From the human T2T-CHM13v2.0 reference genome, Homo sapiens: 64,000 nucleotides of DNA. Of this stretch, positions 29,001-41,827 are shown piece after piece (the first letter of the stretch is position 1; each line of letters begins with the position of its first letter). The notes under the pieces were generated by a model. That model saw only the letters and a list, made by a program, of their open reading frames with translations, was not told where the DNA came from and did no database searches. The DNA lies in NCBI RefSeq assembly GCF_009914755.1, contig NC_060927.1, one strand, 5' to 3'. The position numbers and the translations under genes were made by a program.

Positions 29001-31431
29001 TTCCTATTATAAAACCTTCAGGGAAAAAAAGGCCTTCAAAATATTAATTCTCTATCTATTCCTATACTTGACATTTACATGTTTAAGGTTAACTCGGCAA
29101 GGCCATGAACAGGTATGTAAAATAATCTTGATGATTTCATTATGAAGTGGGCATTACCAGTATTTTTAACAGATAACCCCCAAGTCTTGCAACATTTCTT
29201 TTTCCAGGACAACTGGCCCCTTCATTATAAAAGAAAATGCAGGCACAGGTTTAAAAAATGTATGTTGTGGGGACAGATGACAGATTACTGTTCATGGAAC
29301 TCAATTTTACAACCCCAGGTATCACTGGCTCAAAGACAAACAGAGTTGATCAACCTTTTTTTGTCCTTGTACATCCATACCCAGGTGACCATGTTCAAGC
29401 AAGCAGAAAGTTGATTTAAACCTCATAATGACATCAGTTTTAAGCCATCATCTCTCTGATAAAAAAAAATTGTGTTCTAGTCCAACATGACTGAATTCTC
29501 TAGCCACTTGAGGTGAGGGAGTGGGGGGACAAAACCAACCTCCTGATTCAGAGAGATGGAAATAACACTGGTAGTTCACTTTACTGCAAGAACCTGACAC
29601 CAGAAATATTTATATTTACATTTATGCCATCTTGGGCACACACAGAGGCACCCCTTAGATTTCAAATATGCTTCTTCCTAATGCTGCAGGGGCTAATAGT
29701 TATAGCAGACTGCTAAGCCTATCAATCAATGCCATGACTAGTGAATTACCTACCAGTGTCTCTGATATGTTACTGCAGAGATTACACTTCATGCATCACC
29801 ACATTCATTTCTTTCACATTACACATGAGCTTGTCTTGTCACTGCCCAATTGCCCTCTTTTGGACAGCTTAACTGATGTACTATAACAATGAACCTTAGT
29901 GAGCAAACTTGATGAGAGAGGTTGGAGCTCAAGTCCGGTAGGTGTGTCAGAACAGCCTGCCATATTTCCAACAATAAACCCAAAGGTGTAATTAACACAC
30001 GCTATGACATTCTGCAAGCACAAAAATGCATTAACTGATGTACATATATATATTCTTTCTTTTCTCCTTGTATTGCTCAGTTACGACATCTTCTATTTTG
30101 ACAATGGAGATGCTGAGTATGTATCAAGCAGCTGAGCAGTCATGGCAGAAAGGAGTGGAGGGGCAAGAGAGAAGTTAAGAGGAAAAAGCCCTGGTCTCGA
30201 TACTAAAAACAAAATCAGCCTCATAAGGGACAGAAGTTGGGTGTGGTGGACTCAAGGGAAAAGATTCAAATGCAGACATGCTTCCCTGACTTCACTTGAC
30301 ACCAAAAGTTACCAAACAAATGGCCATGCTTTAAGCAACACGAAGGAGTTTCCACATTTTTAACCTTCTTTAGAAGGCAACTGAATCCAAGACAGCAGTG
30401 GCTTTAGCTATCAGCCTTTAAGGTACATATAAACCAACATCCAAATCTACTAGAGTTCAAAGAACTGCTGCCCTTGAGGAGGCAACTCAAATCTGCCCTA
30501 CCATGCATAGATGGAGGAATTGTGTTTCAAAACACAGGCATGGCACTTTCTACTTTCTCTTTCCTTCCTGCCTGCCTGTCCGCCCTCCCTCCCTCTTGAC
30601 ATCCCTTCCTCCTTCCCTCCCACCTTCCTTTCTAGTTCTGAATAATCCATCTGCTTTCACATTACATATGTGAAAGTCAGAGTTGCTTAAACCAAGAGGA
30701 TGTCCTAAAAACACCTAGAGTTCCCATTTGTTTCTGATGTCCATCACCCTTGGGATAAAATGTCAGTGGGCTTTGTAAAAGAAATTTACTAAATGTATAA
30801 AATCTTACTTTTCATGTGATCTCAGTTGTTGAGGAACTGGAGATGGAAGTGGTACCTGTTCTGATGAGTGTAGAACTAATTTGCTCAAAAATCAACAGAT
30901 GAATGCAAAAAGAAAAAAAAAGGAAACTAAACAAAGTTTTCCTTTTTATAAGAGAAAGTGGTTGATTTCTATCGTTTACAGAAAAATAAACCTGAATTTA
31001 TCCCTAGATATTAAAACATGGCATTTATAAAGCATTACTAAGATTTAAAATAGCACATGTTACATGGTATAAAATGTCTTAAATGAATAATAAAAGCCCT
31101 CAGGAAAATTCCTTTGTGGTTCCAAACAGAAACACTGCAAGAGTCCATTAAAATGCTCAGTAAGTGAAAAGTAGCGCCTCATTCTCTTACTCCAAGAGTG
31201 TCCAACAGTGGGATTGCTCTGTTACAGCTAAGCCTTCAGACCACCCTGAGACTTCATTTTGGCATCAACAAGCATTTCACCTTCTACATGGGTCCATCAT
31301 TATCCCACTCCACTTTTCTTAAAAGAATCTATGTGCATGTTTTGATGGACAATGTCCTTAACAAATATACCAAGAGACAACCCACCACCTCCACCCAAAG
31401 TCTTCACAGAGCTATGCCTTCTGTAAAATCA

Positions 31432-31659
<228 letters not shown>

Positions 31660-34600
31660 TCAAAACTCACCATCATCATCAAATGCTGAGAATGGTCACT
31701 GGAGCTCAGTGGAGGGCTCCGTGTCAAGGTTTAAAAGGGACAAAGCATACCTCCTCTGAGGAGGGGTGGGGAGATGAGCGTGTTATCTTTCTACTGCCCG
31801 CTCCCATAAACACATAATTCGTCCATCAAGCCAGCTTTCCCCCCAGTTTGAAAGGTCTGAGTTTTGTCATCAAGATGTAAACTTTTAGACTTTGAAATTT
31901 TTAATTATGCACACTAGAGAGAAGACTGCATCACTCTAGTCTGAAGGGGTCTGAACCCCGAACCTTTGAGGTGTAAAAGAACAAGTTGCCTCCCTCCCTG
32001 CCTGCACCGGCAGAAGCTTTTAACTACTCTGTTTATCACTTCTGACATAAATAAATGAGAAAAAATCAGACCTTTGAAGAAGAAAAACTTCATCTAATAT
32101 TGTTAATTAGCCATGACAAACGATGAAATAACATTGTAAATCTTTCACAGAAACAGCCACTAGATTTTAATTACACACATTCATAATTTAGCAAACAACA
32201 TCGTACTCGACTGTGAGTTTAACATGAACGACAGTCTAAGCTTCAGATGCCTTAACATGGCTTTAGTCTCAGAAACTCCCAGGTCTGGTGGCTTGTCCTG
32301 CTTCCCCCATCTGCTTTGTTCTTGAAAAGAAGGGGCTTTACGATATGATAAATATCTTTTTGTTGATTGGACAATGACAGGAGGAAAACTTTTGTTGTGT
32401 AAAACATCAATACATCATTCCTGTGTTTAGCAGGCCTTGCTTCAGCCAAAAAAATTAATGTAGATTTCCTCAGTAATTATCTGAGTGATAGAAAGATAAT
32501 ACAGTGCAGTAGTACAATAAATAGAAGGAAATTATCTAATATCCTTAATCTGCTAGCAATCGTATCGAGGTGGAGGTCTTAGCCACATTATGGCTAACAA
32601 TTATAAAAGGAAAACTAACCCTTCCCAAACTGTAGCAAAAAAAAAAGAAAAGTTTCTTCAAGAAAAGAACAAGATCAGTGTTCCTAATTCTGAGTATGAT
32701 TCAAAAGATCAGAGAGACTTTTACAACTAAAAGGACTATCCAAGCCCTTTCAGAGCTTACATGTTCTGGCTAATAACTATACTTTACAAACAACTGCATT
32801 CACTTAACCTAACACATGACCTTGATCTGATACATCCATAAAATGGTATGTATATCAAGACCTTCTGATGCAAAGTTCAAAGAAAGAGAAAAATGGTGGT
32901 TTCCTTTCGGTCTTCATGTAGTTTATTTTACAGTAAAAACCATCATTCTCATATTAGCAACCAATTTCAGACTTACTACCATGCCACTGAGAAAGTTAAT
33001 TGAGTTTCACTCCAAAAAACAAATTCTATACCACTAACAACAAAAATTTAAATAAATTTAAATGAAAAGCCAGTGTTTTCATTTTAAGAACAGCATGCAT
33101 AAAATGATCCAATTGTTTTCACCCCTTCCCAAGTTATCACATTAATGTAAAACCCAGTGATAGTTATATTCATGTCAAAACGATTTTTTCACTTCTTCAA
33201 CAGATATTAACTCACAACATTACAAAAAAAAGGGAAGAGAAAAAAACAACATTGACACAATAAAAGATCAGGGAATTAGCTTTTCTGAAAGCAGACTATA
33301 ATGGGGGGGGTACAGCTGGAGGTGGGGGAGGGTGTTTCCTGCCTTACTGTAAATGAAATGTTTAAAAATTTTGTATTTATGTAAAATGACTGATGCCTTT
33401 TCTGTTGTCTCTGTGGCCATCCCTAGGAAAAAGCTCATGAAAGCTGTCTACGTTTGAAAAGCCAGGATATAAAAGTATACAAGGCCCATTGTCCAAAGAA
33501 AGAATTTAAAAGCAACACCGGTTGCCAAACTGCGCTCCCCACCCAGTTACCAAACACAGGATACGGGTCCATTTGTTTACTTCTCACAATTGAATGCATA
33601 CAAAAAAGGTCTCCGTGCAGTCCCCTCGGCAGGTCAGTAGTCAGTGTTAAAATGCTAAAATGCCCTGATAAACCTCGAGTTTCGGATCCCCTCCCTAGAG
33701 CTGCAGTCAAAGGTCTGTTTTCCTTTCTTCGGCTACTCCCTACTGCCTAACATAAACTGTCATAACTGCCCGGGACAAACGGCCCTTTTAAAACAATCAA
33801 CTTAGCCTACCTCACCCGCACAGGATGGAATCTTTTTTTGTAGCTCGATTTAAAATGAATTCTGCTGTCTATTTTCCTCACCACTTCTGTCCAATATTCA
33901 TGAGCAGTCACTTCAATAGCTGTATTGGGCCTACATCCTCTCTTCCTCCCCTACCTAAGAGCACGTATCTTCTTAAGGAAGGTCCTGTCTTGGTCCAACC
34001 CAATATGGAGCCAAACTTTCCCAAGGAAACATCTCAAGGCAACTTTAGGAGGGAAGGAAAAAAAAAAGAGCAAAGGTACATCGTTCTGGCCAAAGATCAG
34101 GTGTCTTATTGCAGAGGTAATCAAAACAGGAAAAAAAGGGGGTGGGGGGAGCCTGACAATATAAAATTATGAGCCGCTAATGACTGGGGACTCAGTAAAT
34201 TAACATACTTGTTCCATCTGTCAACAACCAAGTTCAAACCTTGTTAAAATCATAACCACCAGTCCACATCATGAAAATGCTACCGTGTGACTCCATCTCA
34301 TTTTAGCACAAAAGGACCACCACCTGCATGATAATTCCAGGAGACTGGTCCCTACCTCAGGAAACTACAGATCTCCTAAGCATTGTTACCCTGGGTCTCA
34401 GACAAATCCACTGGCACCATGAATCCAAGGAGACCCATCCACTGGTCTGCCTACCTCAAAGGATATTCAAAGCAACCTATCTCCTGGGTCACCTTTGCCT
34501 GGGAAGTGGATGACAAAGCATGGACCACAGCAAACCTAGCGACCTGGAGATGCAAGAATGTTCCTACAATGTCTTGCTTTCTCCTTGTTTAGACACAAAG

Positions 34601-35039
34601 TGTTCTCCTTCTCCCCTACACTCCCCACCCCCTGCCACTCCCTTCCCAAACTCAGGGACCACTATCATCTTTGTGCTCTGAGATGCTTTCCTTTCTGACA
34701 ACAGCAATTTGGGAGAGGTAACTTTTATCCTTCTTTCTGCTGTGTAACTTTCCCCTTCCCATTTCTTTATGTGCCCTCTGAGCTCATCTGAACTTTCATG
34801 TTCTCCCAGCATGCAGACGTGCATTCCAAACTATGTCTCACAGACCAAATAAGAGGTTAATAAGAAGTGGCAACAGAAAGGAAAAACGCAATCCCTGGTA
34901 ACTGATAAGAATGACAGTGGCAGCCCTTTTTTGTTTGTCTTCAAATATAGAGTTAAAGATCTTTAAAAAACTAAATTTTGATGCCTTTGAAAAGAAAGAA
35001 GCACAAAATAACAACAGGGGGTTATTGCCTGCAAGCCAC

Positions 35040-35770
35040 AGGGGAGAAACTCCATAATTCTTATTCTCCCTTTTGAAGGCTGTTAGCAATCTGATTCAAA
35101 AAAGCAACAGCAGAAGGGGAAACCTCTTGAGGCTGTAACCATTTCCTGTGATCATGCATAATGTGCTTCAAAAGTGGGTTTTTACCAATTCTGTTGATCA
35201 ATTGCACCTCCTTCATACCCCTTCTTTTTTCTGCTGTGTTTACATCTGATGTGACTCAATGACAAGCACTGTCTGAGACTGTGAAACAGGCCTGTCATGT
35301 TGATTTATGGGCGCATCAAACCACAACTTGTCCAAACTGAAGCTCGCAGTTCATTAATTAGAGAGTTGTGACTTTGAAGTCAGCTTTCAGACTGTGGTTT
35401 TTAACATTTGGCTTAATTTATATGCTCTTGAATGTGGATCTCTAAGGAAAAAACTGAAATTCCCTTCTTGTCTTTGAACTTCTTTTGACCGCACAATAAT
35501 CATTTCTTTGTCCAGAGTGATGCCTGCAATCCCAGAGTCATTAACGCGCATTGAACTGCCACTGATGAGTAAGCCCTGCTGAATTAGAAAAACAGCCAGC
35601 AAAACAAAGCTGAGAGCCTTCTGCACAGTGATATCTCACAATTACATGCCTTCCCTCCCTGTGCCATTTCCATTTTAATTACTGTTAGTCCTTTAGATTT
35701 ACATTTTAGACACTTTTTAATCTGTTCCCTTTTTTATTATAGCAGCACCCGGTAGAGCGCCACTGTACTT
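35040..35770. promoter_or_regulatory. Candidate developmental enhancer in the exon 9-10 intron
   Basis: Repeat-free, retains CpGs, and carries clustered forkhead, AP-1, MEIS, PBX-HOX, homeobox and TCF motifs (see findings). Conservation not computed. Confidence 0.55.
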
Positions 35771-36983
35771 AAGGTTGTGTCAGCATTTTCATTAAAACAC
35801 CTCCTCCCCTTCACCCCAAAACTGCCCCTACTCTGCAGGGGTTTACATCCGGCTGCTCAACAGGACTCCAGGGTGAAAACTTGGCAGGACATGGAAAACG
35901 TCCCCAATTTGTGTCAAGGGAGGAGGCAGCAAAGGGAGAATGTCTGGGTCACTCCCAGGGTGTAAAATTAGCACAGCCCAGCATCCTCACTTAGGTGAGG
36001 GACAGGGACGTCGAGTCACCTGGTAAGACTCCCTGCAAAAGAACAAAAGTGGCCACCTGCTTAGGGCTGGTGAAGAAGCTGTTAAAGTGGATGAGGTGCT
36101 GTATATAGAATTATAAATTGTGTCATCCCAAGGAGAACACTTAAACAAAAAGAATTTTCAGTCCACTGTAAAAATATGAGGAGGCAAGTTAAATTGGATA
36201 ACTCTGGAATGGGTAGAAAGATGTCATAATAACGCACACATGCACACGGATACTCCCACAACTGAGTCTCACCCACGCAGAACTGAATAGAAGGTGAACT
36301 GGTAACTCCCTGGAAAGAAAGGCCTTATCATTTATGGGACGAATGCTGTCAACCTTCATGGTGTGGCATAATGTGATAAGTTATGGACACTACCAAGCGT
36401 GGTGCATATAGAAGCTATTATGATATACTTTTCTCCACCCTGCCCAAGAAAACACAACCCAAGCTGGAGTCTTCTCTAACTTCAACTCATGCTCTCTGGC
36501 ACATGCCTTTAGCAATTACATTATGTACAACTTGCAGGAAGAAGTTAAACAAAAGATGTGGATGTTTAATCTTGTTCTAACATTTTTGTTTGTTTATCCA
36601 ACCTCACAAGGGGTTATTCTTCCAATGGAAAAGGCCATCACCACACACCCAAGCTCTGTGAGCTGGGGAAAAAAAAAAAAAATTAAGTGTGCATCCAAGT
36701 AAAATTTTCCTGAAAGCACTTCACTTCTCCCAGCTCCATCCTGGCCCTCAGTTGTTACCAGGTTGCAAAAAGTAACCTGAAGACTCTGTCAACGATGCCT
36801 CTCCTGCTCCTCACACAGGTACACGTGCAGTGGTGTTATAAAATATGTGGCAGCAAGCAAATGGAACCCAGAAAAATCTGAGTGAAAACAGGACAATAAT
36901 TCTCAGTCTGAAAGCTGAGAACCGATAGAGTCAGCTCAGTTGTGCAATCATTTAAAAGATGAATGACAGTTTAATAGCCACTA

Positions 36984-37124
<141 letters not shown>

Positions 37125-37884
37125 CTACAAAGGAAAGAGAGGACGGTAAGTAACAGAGGGTAGCGCCAATCCACTGTCCCTTTTGGTGCCATACACAAAC
37201 TGTGATTTGAAAAATAGCATCCTTTTATCTGTAATGGCCTGACCTTTAGTTTGAAACTCGACAATAAATTCAGCGCACACTGACTATTCTTGGCATTATT
37301 GTTTGAAAAGTAATCTCCAAAATGAACTGATGAAAAACATACCATTTTCTACACAAACTAATTAAAATAAGGCAAAGAATGACCTTTGATTGTACAACAA
37401 AGCTGAAATGCCCTTGCTGAGAGAGTCTGGTGAATCTCTTCTGCATGCTTTCTAAATGACAGGGCTGGGCACTATGCAGTGTTATTCAGTGTGTGCATGG
37501 ACAGCCTGGGAGCTTCCGCTGCATCCTGTCCCCACCACCCCAGGCCAGTGACTCCCAACGCTGTAGTTCCGAATCTCATCTATTTGGTTCAGGTGGCTGT
37601 GAAGTCTGAATATTAGGTCCCCATAGTGCAATGACAACCAGAAGTTCATTTCAGCAACATCGTATGTGGAAGAAGTAAAATCAACTCTGGACCTTAAAAT
37701 TAGCAAATTCTAGAATGCTTCTTTATGTTTAAAGAAAAAAAATCTGTAAGCTTCTGAGTCGAAATGGGGACATCAAGAGCTGTCATATTTAAACCACTCC
37801 CAACGTGCTCCTCATTTTGCTTTGATTCACACCATTTAGGAGCCATGTAAACCTAAAAGATCTTACTGCTACCAAGTCCAATTA

Positions 37885-38271
<387 letters not shown>

Positions 38272-40529
38272 CTAGAATGTTAATGAAGGATAAATAGGAA
38301 GCCAGGAAATCAGAAGCACGCAGCCTCCCAGGTTCAGCAGCTGACTGCCATCAGCCTGCTTAAAGAGTTGACCAATTTCCCATGCAACATGTATTTATCC
38401 AGAGGGGATGCAGCAACAGATCCTATTTAATCTATCATGGAGTTTATTTTAAAGAAAGAAAAGTAAAATCTTGCAGTACTGATGGGGGTTCCAGGCAGCC
38501 TTGCAAGCACACAAAAAGGACAAACTTAATAAATGCTAACTGGAGTTAAGATACGACAGTTCTCAATTGCTTATTGAGAGTGAGTTTTTGGTCAAAACCA
38601 TCTGTGGGAAGTTAACCCAGACTTGAATTTTGTTTGAGAGAAGACAAATGGTAACCAGCACCTTTGCAGGTGGAGCCCATATGAGCACACTTGCTCTGTG
38701 GACAGTGATTTTAAGAACAACCAATCAATGCTTATACTTGCTGGGAAGGGAACCTTGGACACACCTTCCGAACTTAAACACAGACCCTTCGCATGATGCC
38801 TTTTACTCTTCCTTATTCACCCAGCACACAGATGTCTCAATTCTTTCATATTATGTGCAATACCATTAAAACCCGCTTTCCATGACATTTCAGTGACAAA
38901 CAGCTACAGTGATGAACTTGATAGCATTTCATATTTGCAACTGTTAACACGTTTCTGCACGGGCATCTTTGCAAGGAACCTGCACACTGTATCTGAAAGG
39001 ATGATGTCTTGTTCAGATAAAACACTGACATTAAAATGACAGGCTGTCTTGGCCAAGGTTACACAAATTGTATTCAAGCGGATACCTAATGACAATGCTA
39101 TGAATTCTGCAAGCTTTCTAGAATGTAATTTAGCTATTCAAAATAATCACTGCACTTGTGTTTAATTTGCAGACTACATGAGACCCATTTTGTCAGTCCC
39201 CGTAATGCAAGAAGACTATTTCATGAAAAATCACCCCCCGCCCCAAATAAAAAGATAAGGAAAGAAAAAACAATGAAAGAAAAGACAAAACCTGTATGTC
39301 TTCTAACCGTAATATTTAAGCATCTTACTTTTCTTTGGTTTCTAATCAAACATGTGACAGCAAGAAGCTAGAAGCAGTAAAGGATATACTTTGTTAAAAA
39401 GGATATGCTGTCATCTCATGTATTACAATAAAAGGTAATAACATGTTTTGCACTTTGCCTGTGTGCTACTTAAAAAAAAAAATCCGGCAGACAATAGCTG
39501 ATCAGAAGATAAAAGAATTAAAAAATCTTTCAGGGGAGCAGTAAGCAAAAGGCAGAAATGCAGTATTAATTTTATGTAACATAATGTCTTAATATGCAGT
39601 TTATCCTGACTTTTTCACATGATTTGTCCTGTCATTTGCATAGCGAGCTCTCATTCCTAATTTCACAGTCATTATGCACTGATGTCCCGATTTCTCAGCA
39701 TCACTAATTTTGATGAACTAAAAATGGTTCCTGAAGGTCAGATTCATGCACAGCGAATGTTCTCCACTGTTGTTGTGGGCTTGTTTCATGTGTGGGGATG
39801 TTGATGTGCCAGTGTCGTGTGTTTGGAAAACACTAGTTAGAACATTCGAAAAATTTCATTAACCCAGCTCTGGAAGGTCATCCATGAATTCTTCCTATTC
39901 CAGTGGCCTTTTAAGTGTAGATGTAGATACACTGTAATTTAAAACAGATGGGCATGTCTGAATATTTTCATATGCAAAATGGGACAGATGTATATGAATG
40001 GATAAATTACCCTTTTAAAAAGATAATTTGTAGCACGAAATATCACCAACGATTGGAACAGTGAACTCGCATTCAGTTTAGGGCAAACACCAGGAAGACA
40101 TTATCAAAACATCTAACCATCTACAAATTAATTCCAGTTAGTCTACTTTGTCTTCATACAGAAGAAACTTTTCGGATTTTTAAGTATCTTTTGGGTGCCA
40201 ATCGGTATCCTTTGAGCTGCTAAAGCCAGCGTATCACAATAGAAGTTTACTTTTCCTTGAGAGTTGCATCATCATACGGGGAGGTTTGATTAAGCAAACA
40301 AAAGAACCATGTTTAAGGTTTCTTTTTTCCTCTGCGTTTCTTGGATGATGTACAATATAAATATTCTTGAGCCAAATTCTGATGGTGATGAACAGGAAAA
40401 CAGACAGGAATAGGGTGGTGTAAAATCTAAACTGGTGATGAACATGAACTTAACAGAGTTAGAGCAGAAATCATGATAGAAATAACCTCCTGGTCATCGT
40501 TTTTAAAAGAGCTATAGAAACCTTATACT

Positions 40530-40695
40530 AGAAAGGGGCACAGGTGAACTTTTGGGGGCGATGGAAATGTCCATATCTCGAGTGAGGTGGTGCTCACACA
40601 CGTGTATACAATCGTCAAAACTCTTCCAACTAGACACTGAAAATCAGTATATTTGAGCGCACGTAAATCATCCCTCAATAAAACTGATTTTAAAA
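40530..40695 (+). mobile_element. Old L1 (L1MC/L1ME) 3' end fragment
   Basis: aacttttgggggcgatggaaatgt..tatctcga, gtcaaaactc, ccctcaataaaactgattttaaaa. Confidence 0.7.
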
Positions 40696-41784
40696 GTTAC
40701 ATATGTCTCCTAAAATACTTTTTCCCCTTAACTCAGGTAAAACTAGAAGCATCTTCTTAAAGGAGAAACAACATTGTCCCTTAACTGTCAATAATAAAAG
40801 GGGGAATCATGGAAAGGACTGACATATACCTGTACAGACAATTTTTAAAGGCTGACATCAAACCAGTGGCTTAAATCTCCTTTTCCCATAATCATTTATT
40901 CATTTTTTTGCAGTTACGGAACAGGATAATGAACTTGAGTCTCCCCTTCTTTTTCCTTTTGGACATTTTGATGGAGGTGCTGATGAGTAATAATATGCTT
41001 TACAGCAGCAGGCACTGCCAAAGGAGGGAAGGAAGCAAGAGGCCTGAGTAATCCTCCAAACGGGCTGATCACTTCTGAATAATCAGAAGTGGGCTATTAT
41101 ATCCTGATGGCCTTAACTTCGCTTTTACTATCTGAAACCACGTTTTCATGCCAGTTAGCTCTGGGCCTCCAAAGTGGGCTCCAGCTTCATTTACAAATGT
41201 TATAAAACCAAGATTTCCCCAACGTTTCTGTTCTAACATATCATGAAAAGAGGTTATGGAAAAGCTTTAACAAACATATTCAAATAGACCAGAAACTATG
41301 GTGGGGTAGAAAAGAAATTAAAAAAAAAAAATCTGAGCAGTTTTTAAGGCTTTAAATAGTTAAGAATTATAGCCTATATATCCACTCCCTTAATTCCCAA
41401 CGTCCAACTTTTTCATGTAGCTAGTCCCTACTAACACTAGGAATCAAAGGGCATGCAGTACCAGCGAGAGGCTATTACAGCCCACACTTTATTGCCCATT
41501 ACTACTGAGGTCATTAGCGGCAAGAGTGATTGTAGCAGTCTTAACCTATTGATCACTGTAACTACTATCATTTAATCCTGTGTTGAATGTCTGGAAAGCG
41601 GCTAAAGGCACACAAGAGAGAGTGCTTTAGCACTGAGAAATATGGCCAAAGCTTCAAAATTACACTTTGATTCATAAAATCTAGCCAGTGGTTTAAATCA
41701 ATAGTATTTAAAACAGTCATGTGAGTTTTTAACTACAGCTCTCTAATATTTATGGGCCCCTCTTTAAAAGTATTCAGTAAAAAC

Positions 41785-41789
<5 letters not shown>

Positions 41790-41827
<38 letters not shown>
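41790..41827. repeat. T38 homopolymer (A38 in FOXP1 sense)
   Basis: Direct count. Confidence 0.95.

Noticed and set aside
41070-41091. 9-bp hairpin CACTTCTGA-ATAA-TCAGAAGTG (and an imperfect one at ~53388-53437)
   Set aside because: A few such stems are expected by chance in 64 kb, and they are too short or asymmetric for a pre-miRNA.
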